The position numbers and the translations under genes are program-made. A stretch of DNA of 64,000 nt from Heterodontus francisci. Its lineage: Eukaryota. Within the stretch, counting starts at the first letter, position 1. Each line of letters opens with the position of its first letter. The notes under the pieces are model-generated. The model did no database searches and had not been told where the DNA came from. It worked only from the letters and a program-made list of their open reading frames with translations. Of this stretch, positions 11,576 to 23,051 are shown in pieces. The DNA lies in NCBI RefSeq assembly GCF_036365525.1, contig NC_090403.1, positions 26,359,461 to 26,423,460 on the forward strand, given 5' to 3'.

Positions 11576-14500
11576 TCAGTTTCTTCTTCTGATTTTTGCT
11601 GTTATAACAAGGATCTGTTGTAAACAGGCTCTGGTCTCAGTGCGGATTATTTCCCAGGCACAGTCACTGAATATCTGAAGGAAGGAAATATTCGGGAAAA
11701 TCCATTAGAGAATCAATAGATTTAAATGGGGTGAAATGAACTCCATGCTAGTAATTACACAGAAAATACCAATTGTCCCACCTTCTGTTTGAGAAACTTT
11801 TCCAGTTTCCTGAAGTATTTGTGAATGGCAGTCTTGCTCCTGGGCTTGGACTCTGATCTCAATTTCCAGACACATTCTTCCAGCTCTCCGAGTTGCCGAT
11901 CGAGGAGAAGACGAAAGTTTTCCACCTTGTCTCGGGGCCATGTAACTGAGCCCAGGTTCATGCTGTAGATCTTGTTGATGTGACGCAGGGTTTGATGGAC
12001 AATCTGGATGCTGTCCTGGGCCTGTGCACAACAGACACAATGACATTAGAGGGGGTCTTATACCTTTTCGGTTTAAAGTAGTTATGGAAAGGAACAAGGA
12101 ATAGGTCAACAGTAAATAAGCAACGGGAGGCTTTAATAGTGAAGACATCTTGGGTACAGACTGGGTTCATTCCTATGAAGCAGTAAGTAAGGACATGCAA
12201 AAATTCGAGCTCCGTGGATAGAGAGCTTAAATAGATAGTGAAAAGGAAGGCTTCTCATAAATATTAGGCTCATAATAACGTGGGGAACGAAGCTGAATAT
12301 AGACAGTACAGAGGAGAACTATCAAAGAAATGAGGGGCAGAGTGCATAAAAAATGGACTAGCTGCAAACAAAAAAGGGAAGCTACAAATCTTTTACAAGC
12401 ATGTAAAGGGAAAGAAGGGTTAGTAATTAGTGGCCGGAAAAGCAATTTTCTTCTGGAGCAGGGGGTACAGCTGAGGATCTAAATGATTAATTTGCACGTG
12501 TCTTCACTAAATAGGATGGTTCGAATATCACAGTAAAGATGGGTGTTTGGCAGAGGTGGAGGTAGAAGAAAAATTGGATAGGGTGAAAATAGATACAGAG
12601 GAGGTAGTTAAAAGATTGATAGCACTCTAAGTAGGAAAGTCACCCGGTCTGGATAGAATATGTCTCAGGTTGCTGAGGAAAGTAAGTGCTGAAATAATGG
12701 AAGTTCTGGCCACAATTTTCCAGTCCTCCTCAGATGTGAGAGTGATGCCAAAGGACTGGAAGTTTTCTTCCTGTTCAAAAAAGAAAGAGGGTAAACTTGA
12801 CAACCACAGGCCTGTTCGCCCTTCATGGGTGGCGGGAAGTTTGTCGACACTATTTTTCCAAGGTAAAAGGAATTGTCACTTACCAAAATATGACTTAGTA
12901 AATGTCAACCAGTAAAAATTTGTTAAGGTAAAATCATGTTGCCTAACTTGATTGAGTTATTCGATCAAGTAGCAGAAAGGATTGCTGAGGGAGGTGTGGT
13001 GATTGTTGTGTATGTAGATCTTCAAAATATCTGTATACGGTTTTGCTGAATTGATGGTGAAAAAATTCAATAATAGGTTTGAAAGGGAAATTGAGTAAAT
13101 AGTTGAAGAGGAAAGGTTTGCATGGCTATGGGAAATAGTGAGGGGAGTGGGAATAATTGGATAATTCATTCAAAGAGCCTGCACAAGCATGATGAGCCAC
13201 ATGGCCTCTTCTGTACCATTCAATGATTCTATGACGTAACCTGCCCTGATGGTGCAAACCACACAGCCAATCACTGTAGCTCAGGAGTGAGATGGTTAGA
13301 GGGAGGCAGATTGTTACATTGTGTAAGATGAATGGGTGAGTTTAAATAATTAGAGGAACTGAGATGATGAGAAGCAAAGTAATTTGACAAGATTCATGGT
13401 TAACATAGATGGAGGTTGTGAAATGGTTAAAAGAATGATTAGGGGACACTGGCGTACTGATAATGTTACTTGAATACTAATTCAGACGCCAGGAAAAAGC
13501 TCTGGGAACATGAGTCCAAATCCCACCAGAGTGGCTGGTGGAAATTAAATTTAATTATTAAATCTGCGGTTAAAAGCGAGTCTCATTTATGGTTACCATG
13601 AAACTATTGGATTGTCAATAAAAACACATCTATTTCATCATTGCCAAATCTACTGTCCTTACCTGGTCTGGCCTACATGTGACTCCAGACCTGACTCTGA
13701 AAGGGCCTAGCAAGCCATTCAGTTGTATCAAACCACTGTAGAAAAGTTGAATAAGAATAAAACTTGACAGATTGACCACAGCACCAGAAATGACAATGTC
13801 AGACTCTGACCAGTCAACCCTACAAAATCCTCCTTACTATTTATCTGGGGACCTGTGCCAAAATAAAGAGAACTGTCCCACAGACTGCACAAGTTTGCCT
13901 GGCAGATTCATACTCACTGAATCATACCATACAGCTATTGTCCCAGACTACTCCGTCATCATCGCAATGGGACAAGATATACCCACCAGAAGTAGTTGCA
14001 CAGTATTAAACAGTGGGGAGGGAGTGTGCTCAACATTGACTCCAGACCCCATGAATTCTTACACCATCAGGCCAAACATGGGCAAGGAAATCACCTGCTG
14101 ATTACCACCTAAAACCTCCCTCAGACGATCAAACTTGCTCTGCCACACAATAAGATCATGGCTGATCCGATTGTGACATTAACTCCACTTTCCTCCCTTA
14201 ACCAGCACCACCCCCATATCTCTTGTCTCCCCAGTAGATCAAAAATCTGTCTAACTCAGCCTTGAATATGTTCGGTGAATCAACCACCACTGCTCTCTGG
14301 GGAAGAGAATTCCAAATATTAAAGACCCTCTGAGAGAAGAAAGACCTCCTCGTTTCCATCTTAAAAAGAGACTCCTTATTTTACAATTGTGCCCCCTTGT
14401 CTATCTCATGAAGAAAAACATCCTGTCAGCATCTACGCTGTCAAGCCCCCTCAGAATATTATATGTTTCAATGAGATCACCTCTCATTCTTCTAATCTCC

Positions 14501-17500
14501 AATGAGTATAGCCCCAACCTCATCAACCTTTCCTCATAAGACAACCCTTTCATCCTAGGAATCAGCCCAGAGAGCTTTTGCTGAACTGCTTCCAATGCAT
14601 GTATATCCCTCAGATGATGAATCAGTACTCCTTCATGTTTGACACCACTTTGAGGAAGCAGTGTGGGTCGTAATGGCACTGAATGTACTCTTGGTGGAGA
14701 ACCTCAATGCCCATCACCAAGAGTGGCTCAGTAGCAGCACTACTGACCGAGCTGGTCCAGTCCTGATAGATGTAACATCCAGACTGGGCCTGCAGCAAGT
14801 GGTGATGATCCAGGAAAAAGGAAATTTGCCTGACATCGCCCTCACCAAGCGACCTGTTGCAGATGCATCTGTCCATGACAGTATTGGGAGGAGTGAGTAC
14901 CACATAGTCCTTATGGAGATGATGTCCTATCTTCACTCTGAGGATACTGTCCATTGTGTGCAATGGCACTACCACGGTGCTAAATGGGATACATTCAGGA
15001 CAGATCTAGCAGCTGAAAACTGGGCATCCATGAGGCACTGTGAGCCATCAGCAGCAGCAGAATTGTATTCAATCACACTCTGTAACTGCATGGCCTGGCA
15101 TATCCCTCACTCGACCATCACCATCAAGCCAGAGGATCAGACCTGGTTCAATGAGGAGTTTAAGAGAGCAAGCCAGGAGCAGCACCAGGGATATCTAAAA
15201 ATGAGATATCAACCTGGTGAAGCTACCACACAGGACAACATGCATGTTAAACAGCAGAAGCAGCATGCCATAGAGCTAAGAGATCCCACACCAATGGATC
15301 AGATCAAAGCTCTGCAGCCCTGCCACATCCAGTTGTGTATGGTGGTGGACAATTAAACAACTGACAGGAGGAAAAGGCTCCACAAACATCCCCAGTGTCA
15401 ATGCTGAGGGAGCCCAGAACATTAGTGCAAAAGACAAGGCTAAAGTATTTGCATCCATCTTGGCCTCCTCGTGAGGTCCCCAGCATCATAGATGCAAATC
15501 TTCAACCAATTCAATTCACTCCACGTGATATCAAGAAATGGCTGAAGGGACAGGATACAGCAAAGGCTATAGGGCCTGACAACATCCTGGCAGTAGAATT
15601 GAAGACTTGTTCTCCAGAATAAGCTGCACCCTTAGCCAAGCTTTTCCAGTACAGCTATAACATTGCGATCTACCAACAAAGCAGAAAATTGCCCAGGTGT
15701 GTCATGTGCACAAAAGACAGTTCAAATCCGATCTGGCCAATTTCCATCCCATCAGTCTGCTCTCGATCATCAGCAAAGTGCTGGAGGGTGTGGTCAACAG
15801 TTCTATCAAGTGGCACTTACACAGCAATAACCTGTTCACTGATGCACAGTTTGGGTTCCAACAGGGCTATCCAGCTCCAGGCCTCATAATAGCCTTTGTC
15901 CAGACATGGACAAAAGGGCTGAATTCAAGTGGTAAGATGAGAGTGACTGACTTGACATCAAGGCAGCATTTGACTGAGTGTGGAATCAAAGAGCCCTAGC
16001 AAAATTGAAGTCAATGTGAATCAGGGGGTAAACTCTTCATTGATTGGAGTCATACCTAGAACAAATGAAGATGATTGTGGTTGTTGACAGCCAAACATCT
16101 AAGCCCCAGGACATCGCTGCAGGAGTTTCACAGGTTAATGTCCCAGACCTAACCATCTTCAGCCGCTTCATCAATGACCTTCCCACCATCAGAAGCTCAG
16201 AAGTGGGAATGTTCACTGATGACGTTATTCAGTACCAACCGTGACTCCTCAGGTACTCAAGCAGTTCATCTCCACCTGCAGCAAGAGCTGAACAACATTC
16301 AGGCTTCGGCTGATAAGTGACAAGTAACATTCATGACCACAAGTGCCAAGCAATGACCATCTCCAACAAGAGAGAATCTAACCATCTCCACTTGATATTC
16401 AACAACATTACCATCACTGAATATCCCACTATCAACATCCTGAGGGTTATCATTGACCAGAAACTTAACAGGACCAGTCATATAAATACTGTGGCAACAA
16501 GAGCAGCTCAGAGGCTGGTAATTCTGCGGGAGTAATTCACCTCCTGACTCCCCAATGCCAGTCCACCACCTACAAGGCACAAGTCAGGAATGTGATGGAA
16601 TACTCTCCACTTGCCTGGATGAGTGCAGCTCCAACAACACTCAAGATGCTCGACACCATCCAGGACAAAGCAGCCCAATTGATTGACACCTGATCCAACA
16701 CCTTCAACATTCTCTCCCTCCACCAGCATTGCAGTGTGTAACTTGTACAAGATGCACTGCAGCAAATCACCAAGAATTCTTCGACAGCACTTTCCAAAGC
16801 TGCAACCTCTACCACAGCAGCTGCTTGGCAACACTATCACCTGCGTGTTCCCCTCCAAGCTACAAACCATCCTGACTTGGGAGTATATCGCCGTTCCTCC
16901 ACTGTTAGAATTAAGGAGAAAGTAAGTGCTGTCATTGTGAGTGATATAGTTAGTGAGTGAATGACTGAGTAGTTCTGCTGTCCTTCTCACACCAATGGGC
17001 GGAAAACACTGGATTTAAATTTCCTGGTGTTGAAATTTCGGATCAGGTTGATGATCTTACTCATACTCTCAATAAAACTCCAGTTCGAATAAAATAAACC
17101 CAGTGTTCACTCACCTCGAATCCCTTCGAAAGTTTCATCAGGTTCAAGGGCTTAGTTTTCAGCGAGAGCCTCTGTTTTACACAGTGTCGAGGAAAGGGAC
17201 CGCCCTGAGAGGAGATAACAATCACTGTTACAATCAGCCCCAGAAACTGAAATACTACAGAATCACTGACTATTAATTAGCAAAATTATAAACTGCAAAC
17301 TATTTCTCCAAATATGGCTTTTCACAACAAACAAACCCTGTGTGGTCCGGTTATGGTTCTGAATGTGTTTTAAACTCACCATTTCATTCAGTTTGCTCAG
17401 AGTCTCTGTGTTGAGAACTTGTTGTAACTGCAACCTCTCACAGCCCAGACTCAGGGTCCCGGGCAACAAGACCAACACCATCCAAAATCTCCAAACACTG

Positions 17501-17511
17501 GGCAAAGCCAT
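11576..17511 (-). CDS. IFN: Type I interferon, copy B; 4 coding exons, 186 aa
   Basis: Exons 17511-17380 (44 aa, hydrophobic signal peptide ending SLG|C), 17204-17115 (30 aa), 12021-11782 (80 aa, AQDSIQIVHQTLRHINKIYSMNLGSVTWPRDKVENFRLLLDRQLGELEEC...YFRKLEKFLKQK) and 11674-11576 (IFSDCAWEIIRTETRACLQQILVITAKIRRRN*). All introns are GT-AG and phase 0. The CAWE motif and YF..L..FL helix are type I IFN hallmarks. Confidence 0.95.
12170..13230 (+). mobile_element. Old degraded CR1 fragments in intron 2 of copy B
   Basis: Remnants resembling CR1 ORF2 (LRKVSAEIMEVLATIFQSS..PKDWK) and a CR1-like 3' end; duplicated at ~23650-24710. Confidence 0.65.
13640..16905 (+). mobile_element. Decayed CR1/L2-group LINE in intron 2 of copy B, with nested minus-strand CR1 3' fragment (~14135-14610)
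   Basis: EN/RT fragments (LNAHHQEWL, PISLLSIISKVLE, FINDLP, MFTDD). The nested piece encodes GLSYEERL..LGLYSLE.RRMRGDLIETY. Confidence 0.85.
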
Positions 17512-17597
17512 CCCAAGCGACCCAGAGTAAAACACTGATCTGAAGGATGAGTAACCGACGGCTTCGATGTTCAGCGCCAAAACGCTTCTTGTTCACT

Positions 17598-18552
17598 GAC
17601 TTAAACTGTGAAAGTGGAAATGCAGCCGATTCTGATCCAGGAGCGACCGTCTGTGTTGCTGAATGGTGTGAGAGTGCGGCTGGATTCTGCTGGGAACTCT
17701 CACTGGCACTGCCATGCTGTCGGATTTAATGTGTGGCATTACATTCGAAAAGTGAAAATATTCTGCAGGATTTTTGGAGTTTGTGCTATTTCTTTCTGAT
17801 GTAAGGAATCGAAAAGCTGGAGAGTCCAGAGGCAGCAACTGGAAAATCCCCGGTAGAAAAACATTGAACCAGCTCTCGATTCCAGTTCAACGTTGGGTGG
17901 GTTCAGATCACCGGGGCATGAAGGGAGAGTCTGTATTGGGGGGAGTGTGAACATGTATTGGGGCTGTATTTTATAATCCGGGTTTAGAGAGACACTGACA
18001 GCGGTAATCCGGTGCCGCGGCTTTTAATGCTGACATTCGGCTCCAGAAAGAGCGATTCCCTTTGAAATCCACTCTCTCCCCGGTGTGCTCACATCGCGCT
18101 TTTCCTGTTCACACTTCGCAGGTTGGACATTGCAGAGACCCCGGGTCACAGCCCAGGGTCACCGCTTGATGCCGAATGTCACCGCTCGGATTCACCTGTC
18201 GGAGAATCTGCTCATTAAGTGGAAGAAGTTTGTCATTTCTGGGCTCTTTTCTGCGGTCATTTTCAGAGATTGTTTGAAAGAAAATTTAATCTGCTTCGAC
18301 TCTGAGTCCCAAAGTGATCCCGCTCCCTTTTCTTTCATCATTTCTTTCTTGTCTCCCTCCCGGGAAAGTGTCCGTGTCAGTTTCTCTGTGGAAATGAACC
18401 TTGTGTCAATTACATCGAAAGTGAAAGTGTCTCAGGGAAAGTGACGAGTTTTGTCATTTCCGAAAGGGAGGAGAGTTTGTAAACAGAGCGGGTCACACTG
18501 AGAGGGCTGAGGGGGAGCTGCAACAGGGTTTGGGATATCCGGGATATCCCCG
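17598..18552 (-). promoter_or_regulatory. Upstream regulatory region of IFN copy B
   Basis: kB site 17841-17851; GAAAGTGAAAGTG 18417-18429; tandem GGGATATCC(CC) 18532-18551; same layout as copy A. Confidence 0.7.
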
Positions 18553-19627
18553 ATTACAAAGGGAATGTCACAAAATCAATCTCAGCTGAAACTGTGATCA
18601 AAATCTTCCGTCCGGGTGGATGTGGGACTGAGATCCCACGAGCACCAGCTTTAGACGGGAGAAAAACTGCAATTTAGAATAATGTTGATGGTAACAGGAT
18701 AATGGTGAATAAAACTGTAGGAATTGTAAATAGTTTCGAATGGAGGCGGAAGGAGGGTTAGGGAATTTAAGGAGGAATGTTTAAAACACTGGTGTGTAAC
18801 ATAAAAGGAAGTAGCAAGGACTCTTAGCAGCACGTCCATTATAACCTTACTCTGTACCTTTATCATTCTGCATAATTGGACTTCCTAATGTCAACATCTT
18901 GTCACCCCATTGGGGTAGAGATTCCGCTTTGTCGGAATTCATGGGGAGAGCAAATAGATGGGTTTATCCCCACTTTTCCCTTGGCGCACCGAACGGAATT
19001 TGCACGTTTTGAGATTTTGTTCTCGAATTTCCGCTCAAATTCGTTTGCCAATCACCAAACGCAAAATCTGCCATGAGCCAACAAATCGGTCAGGGATTTC
19101 AAATATATTTTTAATAAAACTGCCTTAAAATGTTCGATTAGATATTTAAGAGTGGAAACAGATGCAGTTTGATTCATACAGCAAAAAATAGGTTTATCAC
19201 AAAAAGTAAGCATTTTAAATGACACTATCAATCCTGCACCTGTGAGATTTTAAATGACTGAAATTGACATTTTAAAATATATAGGCCCATTTGTTAGTTA
19301 TATTTGGGTGCAATAGTCATTTTCTTACTAAAGTAAACTTGCCGATTCTTGTCCTTATTGCCCAAATGAAACACTTGACATTTTGGATCCTCCGGAGAGG
19401 CCTGCAATTACAATGGTGATTAATTCATCCTGGCAATTAAGCCACTATTTTGGCACAACCAGCTTCTAATGCAATCTTTTTTGTGAACTAGCGTCGAGAG
19501 TGGAAAGTCACTTTGCCCTGGACGTAATTTATAGGTAACAGGAGGCAATCTTTCACACTTATTTCACTGACTTTGGGTGAGTTGCACTGAGCAAACCAGA
19601 ACAAATAGTCATGTGGTAGTACAGAAC

Positions 19628-20691
19628 TTGAGAAGTGCTCAAAATAGAGATATGTTGTGGAAGCTCTTGGTCTTGCTCTCATCAGGACAACAGGCAAGAA
19701 TAACCAATGTAAGGGAAAACAACATCTTATTCTGTATGAGAACAGAGTGCTGATTGGTTGGCAAGTGAATTCTGATTGGTAGAGGCTTTGCCATGGAGCA
19801 TGCATCAGTTTATGGTGACTGACAGTTAACTGTCAAGCGTTGTTTGAAATTTAAACCAGGCAACTTGAACAGAGCCCTGTATATTAAGCCATGTAGCTTC
19901 CAGTAAACACAAATGCGCCACACTGTGAGCCCAACTGACAATCTTCAATTAGTTGTCAGTGTAATTCTTAGCACACTGCGGATTATTTAGCATATGTTGT
20001 CCAATTGCAGAATCACATCTAATGTTGGACACTGTGTTCTGAGCTTTGCAACCTAGGGCTGGTTGGTTACGTCCTGTGCGTTGCCTGTTGCAAACAGTGG
20101 AAGGGACATTTTGTTTGATACAATTCACCAGTCTTTGGGATGTACAGCCAAAATACTTAGCATCACACTGGCATTGAAATTCATACATCACACAACTCAC
20201 TTGTGTGATAGGCAGGATGATGTTTGCCTTGACAGCAGCATCAGGTTAGTGGTGAACACCATGCGTGTTGCTACTGCATAGCAAACTTTACCTGTTGATC
20301 AATGTTTTGGGATACATTACCTCCAGGGTAATTTGAGGTAGACTGGGCATTTCTCAGGGCCACAAATGATGGCCTTACGCACGTTTCTATGTTTCCGTGA
20401 TTTCCAGTGAGAAATGATCTGATCAGGGTCACCAATGTCACACAGGATTTCATTGATTCACCCTATTTCAGCATCAAGCTTGCATGGTGAGCAAATGGCT
20501 CGGGCCCTATTTACGAGGTTGACCACAAAGTCAATCTTATAGCGCGTGGAACTGTAGGAATCCCAATACTTGTATTGAACAATGAAGTATAAGATGTTGT
20601 TTTCCCTTACATTGGTTATTCCTGCGTGTTGTCCTGATGAGTGCAAAATGAAAAGCTTCGACAACATATCTCTATTTTAAGCAATTCTCAA
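19628..20691 (-). mobile_element. Penelope-like element remnant with inverted terminal repeats (second copy)
   Basis: ORF 20200-19949 reads VMYEFQCQCDAKYFGCTSQRLVNCIKQ (GIY-YIG-like); same inverted repeats as 5156-6297. Confidence 0.85.
20627..20666 (+). ncRNA. Minimal type I hammerhead ribozyme motif (second copy)
   Basis: Identical to 6233-6272. Confidence 0.7.
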
Positions 20692-22462
20692 AAACTAGGA
20701 CAAGCGAGCGGAAAGTCCTCTTTGCTTTTTGTTAATTCTAAATTCCTATCCACCATTTATTATGAGACTTGCATTATAACATTGATGGTCTGAGTGCATA
20801 AAGGAAGGCACTTCAGATGAAAAGAGGTAGAAATTATGATGTCACTTCGTGGGTGGGAGATAGAGGAATAAATAGAGCGTCTGTGGAATGTTCGGGATGC
20901 AAAGCGGCAATAAACTGAGCCATTTGGTCGCTGCATAAAAGATAATGGGAGATTGACTAACAATTTAGGTGAAGTTTGTCAGCATTTATCATTGTAAATT
21001 GTTATGTCAGCATTTGAAATCCAATTTTGACATGGCAACTGCCAAACTGCCATGATATAATTGCAGCCTTTGGTCATAAGGTTGCTCTTTCCATATCTTC
21101 AAATTATTCCCTTGGAGAGAATAGTGCGAACTAATGGGAGGATTTGCAGGATGATTAACAGTCTGACAAATGGCGTCTTGAGCATTCCTTCCATGGCCAT
21201 AAACATACCAATTGACAGATTGATCAGTCCAAGACAACAGGAGAGTATTATAGGCTCCCAAAAACCATGCGGAGTATGGGGAATCCACTGGATATATATG
21301 TCCACGTGAATGTCAACCCAGAATTTGGATCTTCCATTGAGACACTCTGGGATATCCCATTCTCTGACCCGAGGCAGTAATCATAATACTAAGCCAAAGG
21401 TTCACTCCAGGCCCTGGCCTGATCCTGTGGAATAAGTCTCTGAAGTTTTCCAACATGCATAGAAAAAATGTATATTGATTAATTGACTGTGGACAAAGCC
21501 AGGGGAAATGTATTAATAAGAACTAAAAGGACAGTCAGTGAAGGGCTGTGTGCGCTTGTGGATGAATGAAGACTTGTGTTTGAACAAATGGTAGAAATAT
21601 TTTGATGAATGCACAAAAGCAAGGATGAAGTGCATATCAGTGGACCAAAGGGACGGGAGGATAAAAACAAGTAAGTGTGAATGACAGTAGAAAATACACC
21701 TGGTCCAGATCATATGCAATCTAAGAAACTATGAAATAAGGTCAATGAGAGAAAGAACAAATCATAATTTTCCAATCAACTTCAGAAACAAGTATTGTGC
21801 CAAAGGATTGCAGGGTGGCAAGATATTAGACTTAATTCAGCTGTATGTAACTCTGTGGAGTCCATAGTATGGGGTGAAATAATTGAGAAGTCGGAGAAGC
21901 ATGAGGGACAGTCAACACGAATCTGTAAATAATACTTGTGCTTGCAGAATACCGTTTAAGTTTTCAATAAGCTCACATACAAATCGATAGAAATGCAATC
22001 AGTGTTAAAGATATTGATTTTCAGAAGGTGTAAGACACTCCCACTTTTCACTCATTCTCACTCATCACACCCATTGACTGATTTCCCCGTCTGTACTCTG
22101 TGTCAGATACTCCAGTCATCTCCTGCCGCCACCCACTCCTTTTCTCTATCTGTCCATTTCCAACTGATGGCTTTATTTTGCCCTTTCCTGTTTAGCATCT
22201 CAGGCTTAATCCTCTCTCATTTGGAGTGCGGATATGAAGTTGAGAAACGAGTGGAAAATCAGGTAAATTGGGTTTGAAATGGATTGACAGCTTTGAGCAG
22301 TGAGGGAAAATCAGACAGCAGAGAGAGGAGACTTGAGCAGAGATTGTATCAGTAACAGACAGCAAGGAGGAAAATCCAGAGCATTTATAGTGAGTATGGA
22401 AAACTGATCAACACAAATGAGAAATAGATATTATTCTTGTAAATGTGAATTTTTGAAAACAA

Positions 22463-23051
22463 TTTATTTACACCAACATATGTTCATTCAGTATAAAAGA
22501 TTTCCAGTTTACAAAAACATTGTCTATCCCACAACTCTTAATAAATATCAATAAGTTAATTTTTAAACTCACTTTACACATTGTATAACACTGTAACATT
22601 TCATGATGTGAACAAATCACAACAATAAATATCAATGAATTAGGATGAATTGAGATGGATTGTAGTTTGGGCTCTTTGGAGAGCAGAATTGGAAAGGTCA
22701 GTGTGACTCAGGGTTCATTGATCTGCAAACCTACACCCTTGAGAGCCCAATAGTGCATTCAAAACCAGACTCCCCACAATGAGCCCTTCAGCATTTCATC
22801 ACAGGAAATTATGACAGCAATAAATATAAATAAATTAAAATAAATAATTAAATATGAAACAATATTAAGCCAGTCATTCTTCTCTATCGGTCATTTTGCT
22901 GCCAATGGCATCATTACAGCAATCCAATTACATTAAAATATTAAATAAAATAAATACTGTTAAATAAAATATATGTAGTTATACATTTAAGGCATTTAAA
23001 ATAAATATTTATTTTTTCCAGTCTGTACTGAAACATGTCTTTGGAAAGTCT
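22463..23051 (-). promoter_or_regulatory. 3' UTR of IFN copy C with AU-rich elements and candidate poly(A) signal
   Basis: Same ATTTA clusters (about 22815-23010); AATAAA on minus at 22463-22468. Confidence 0.7.
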
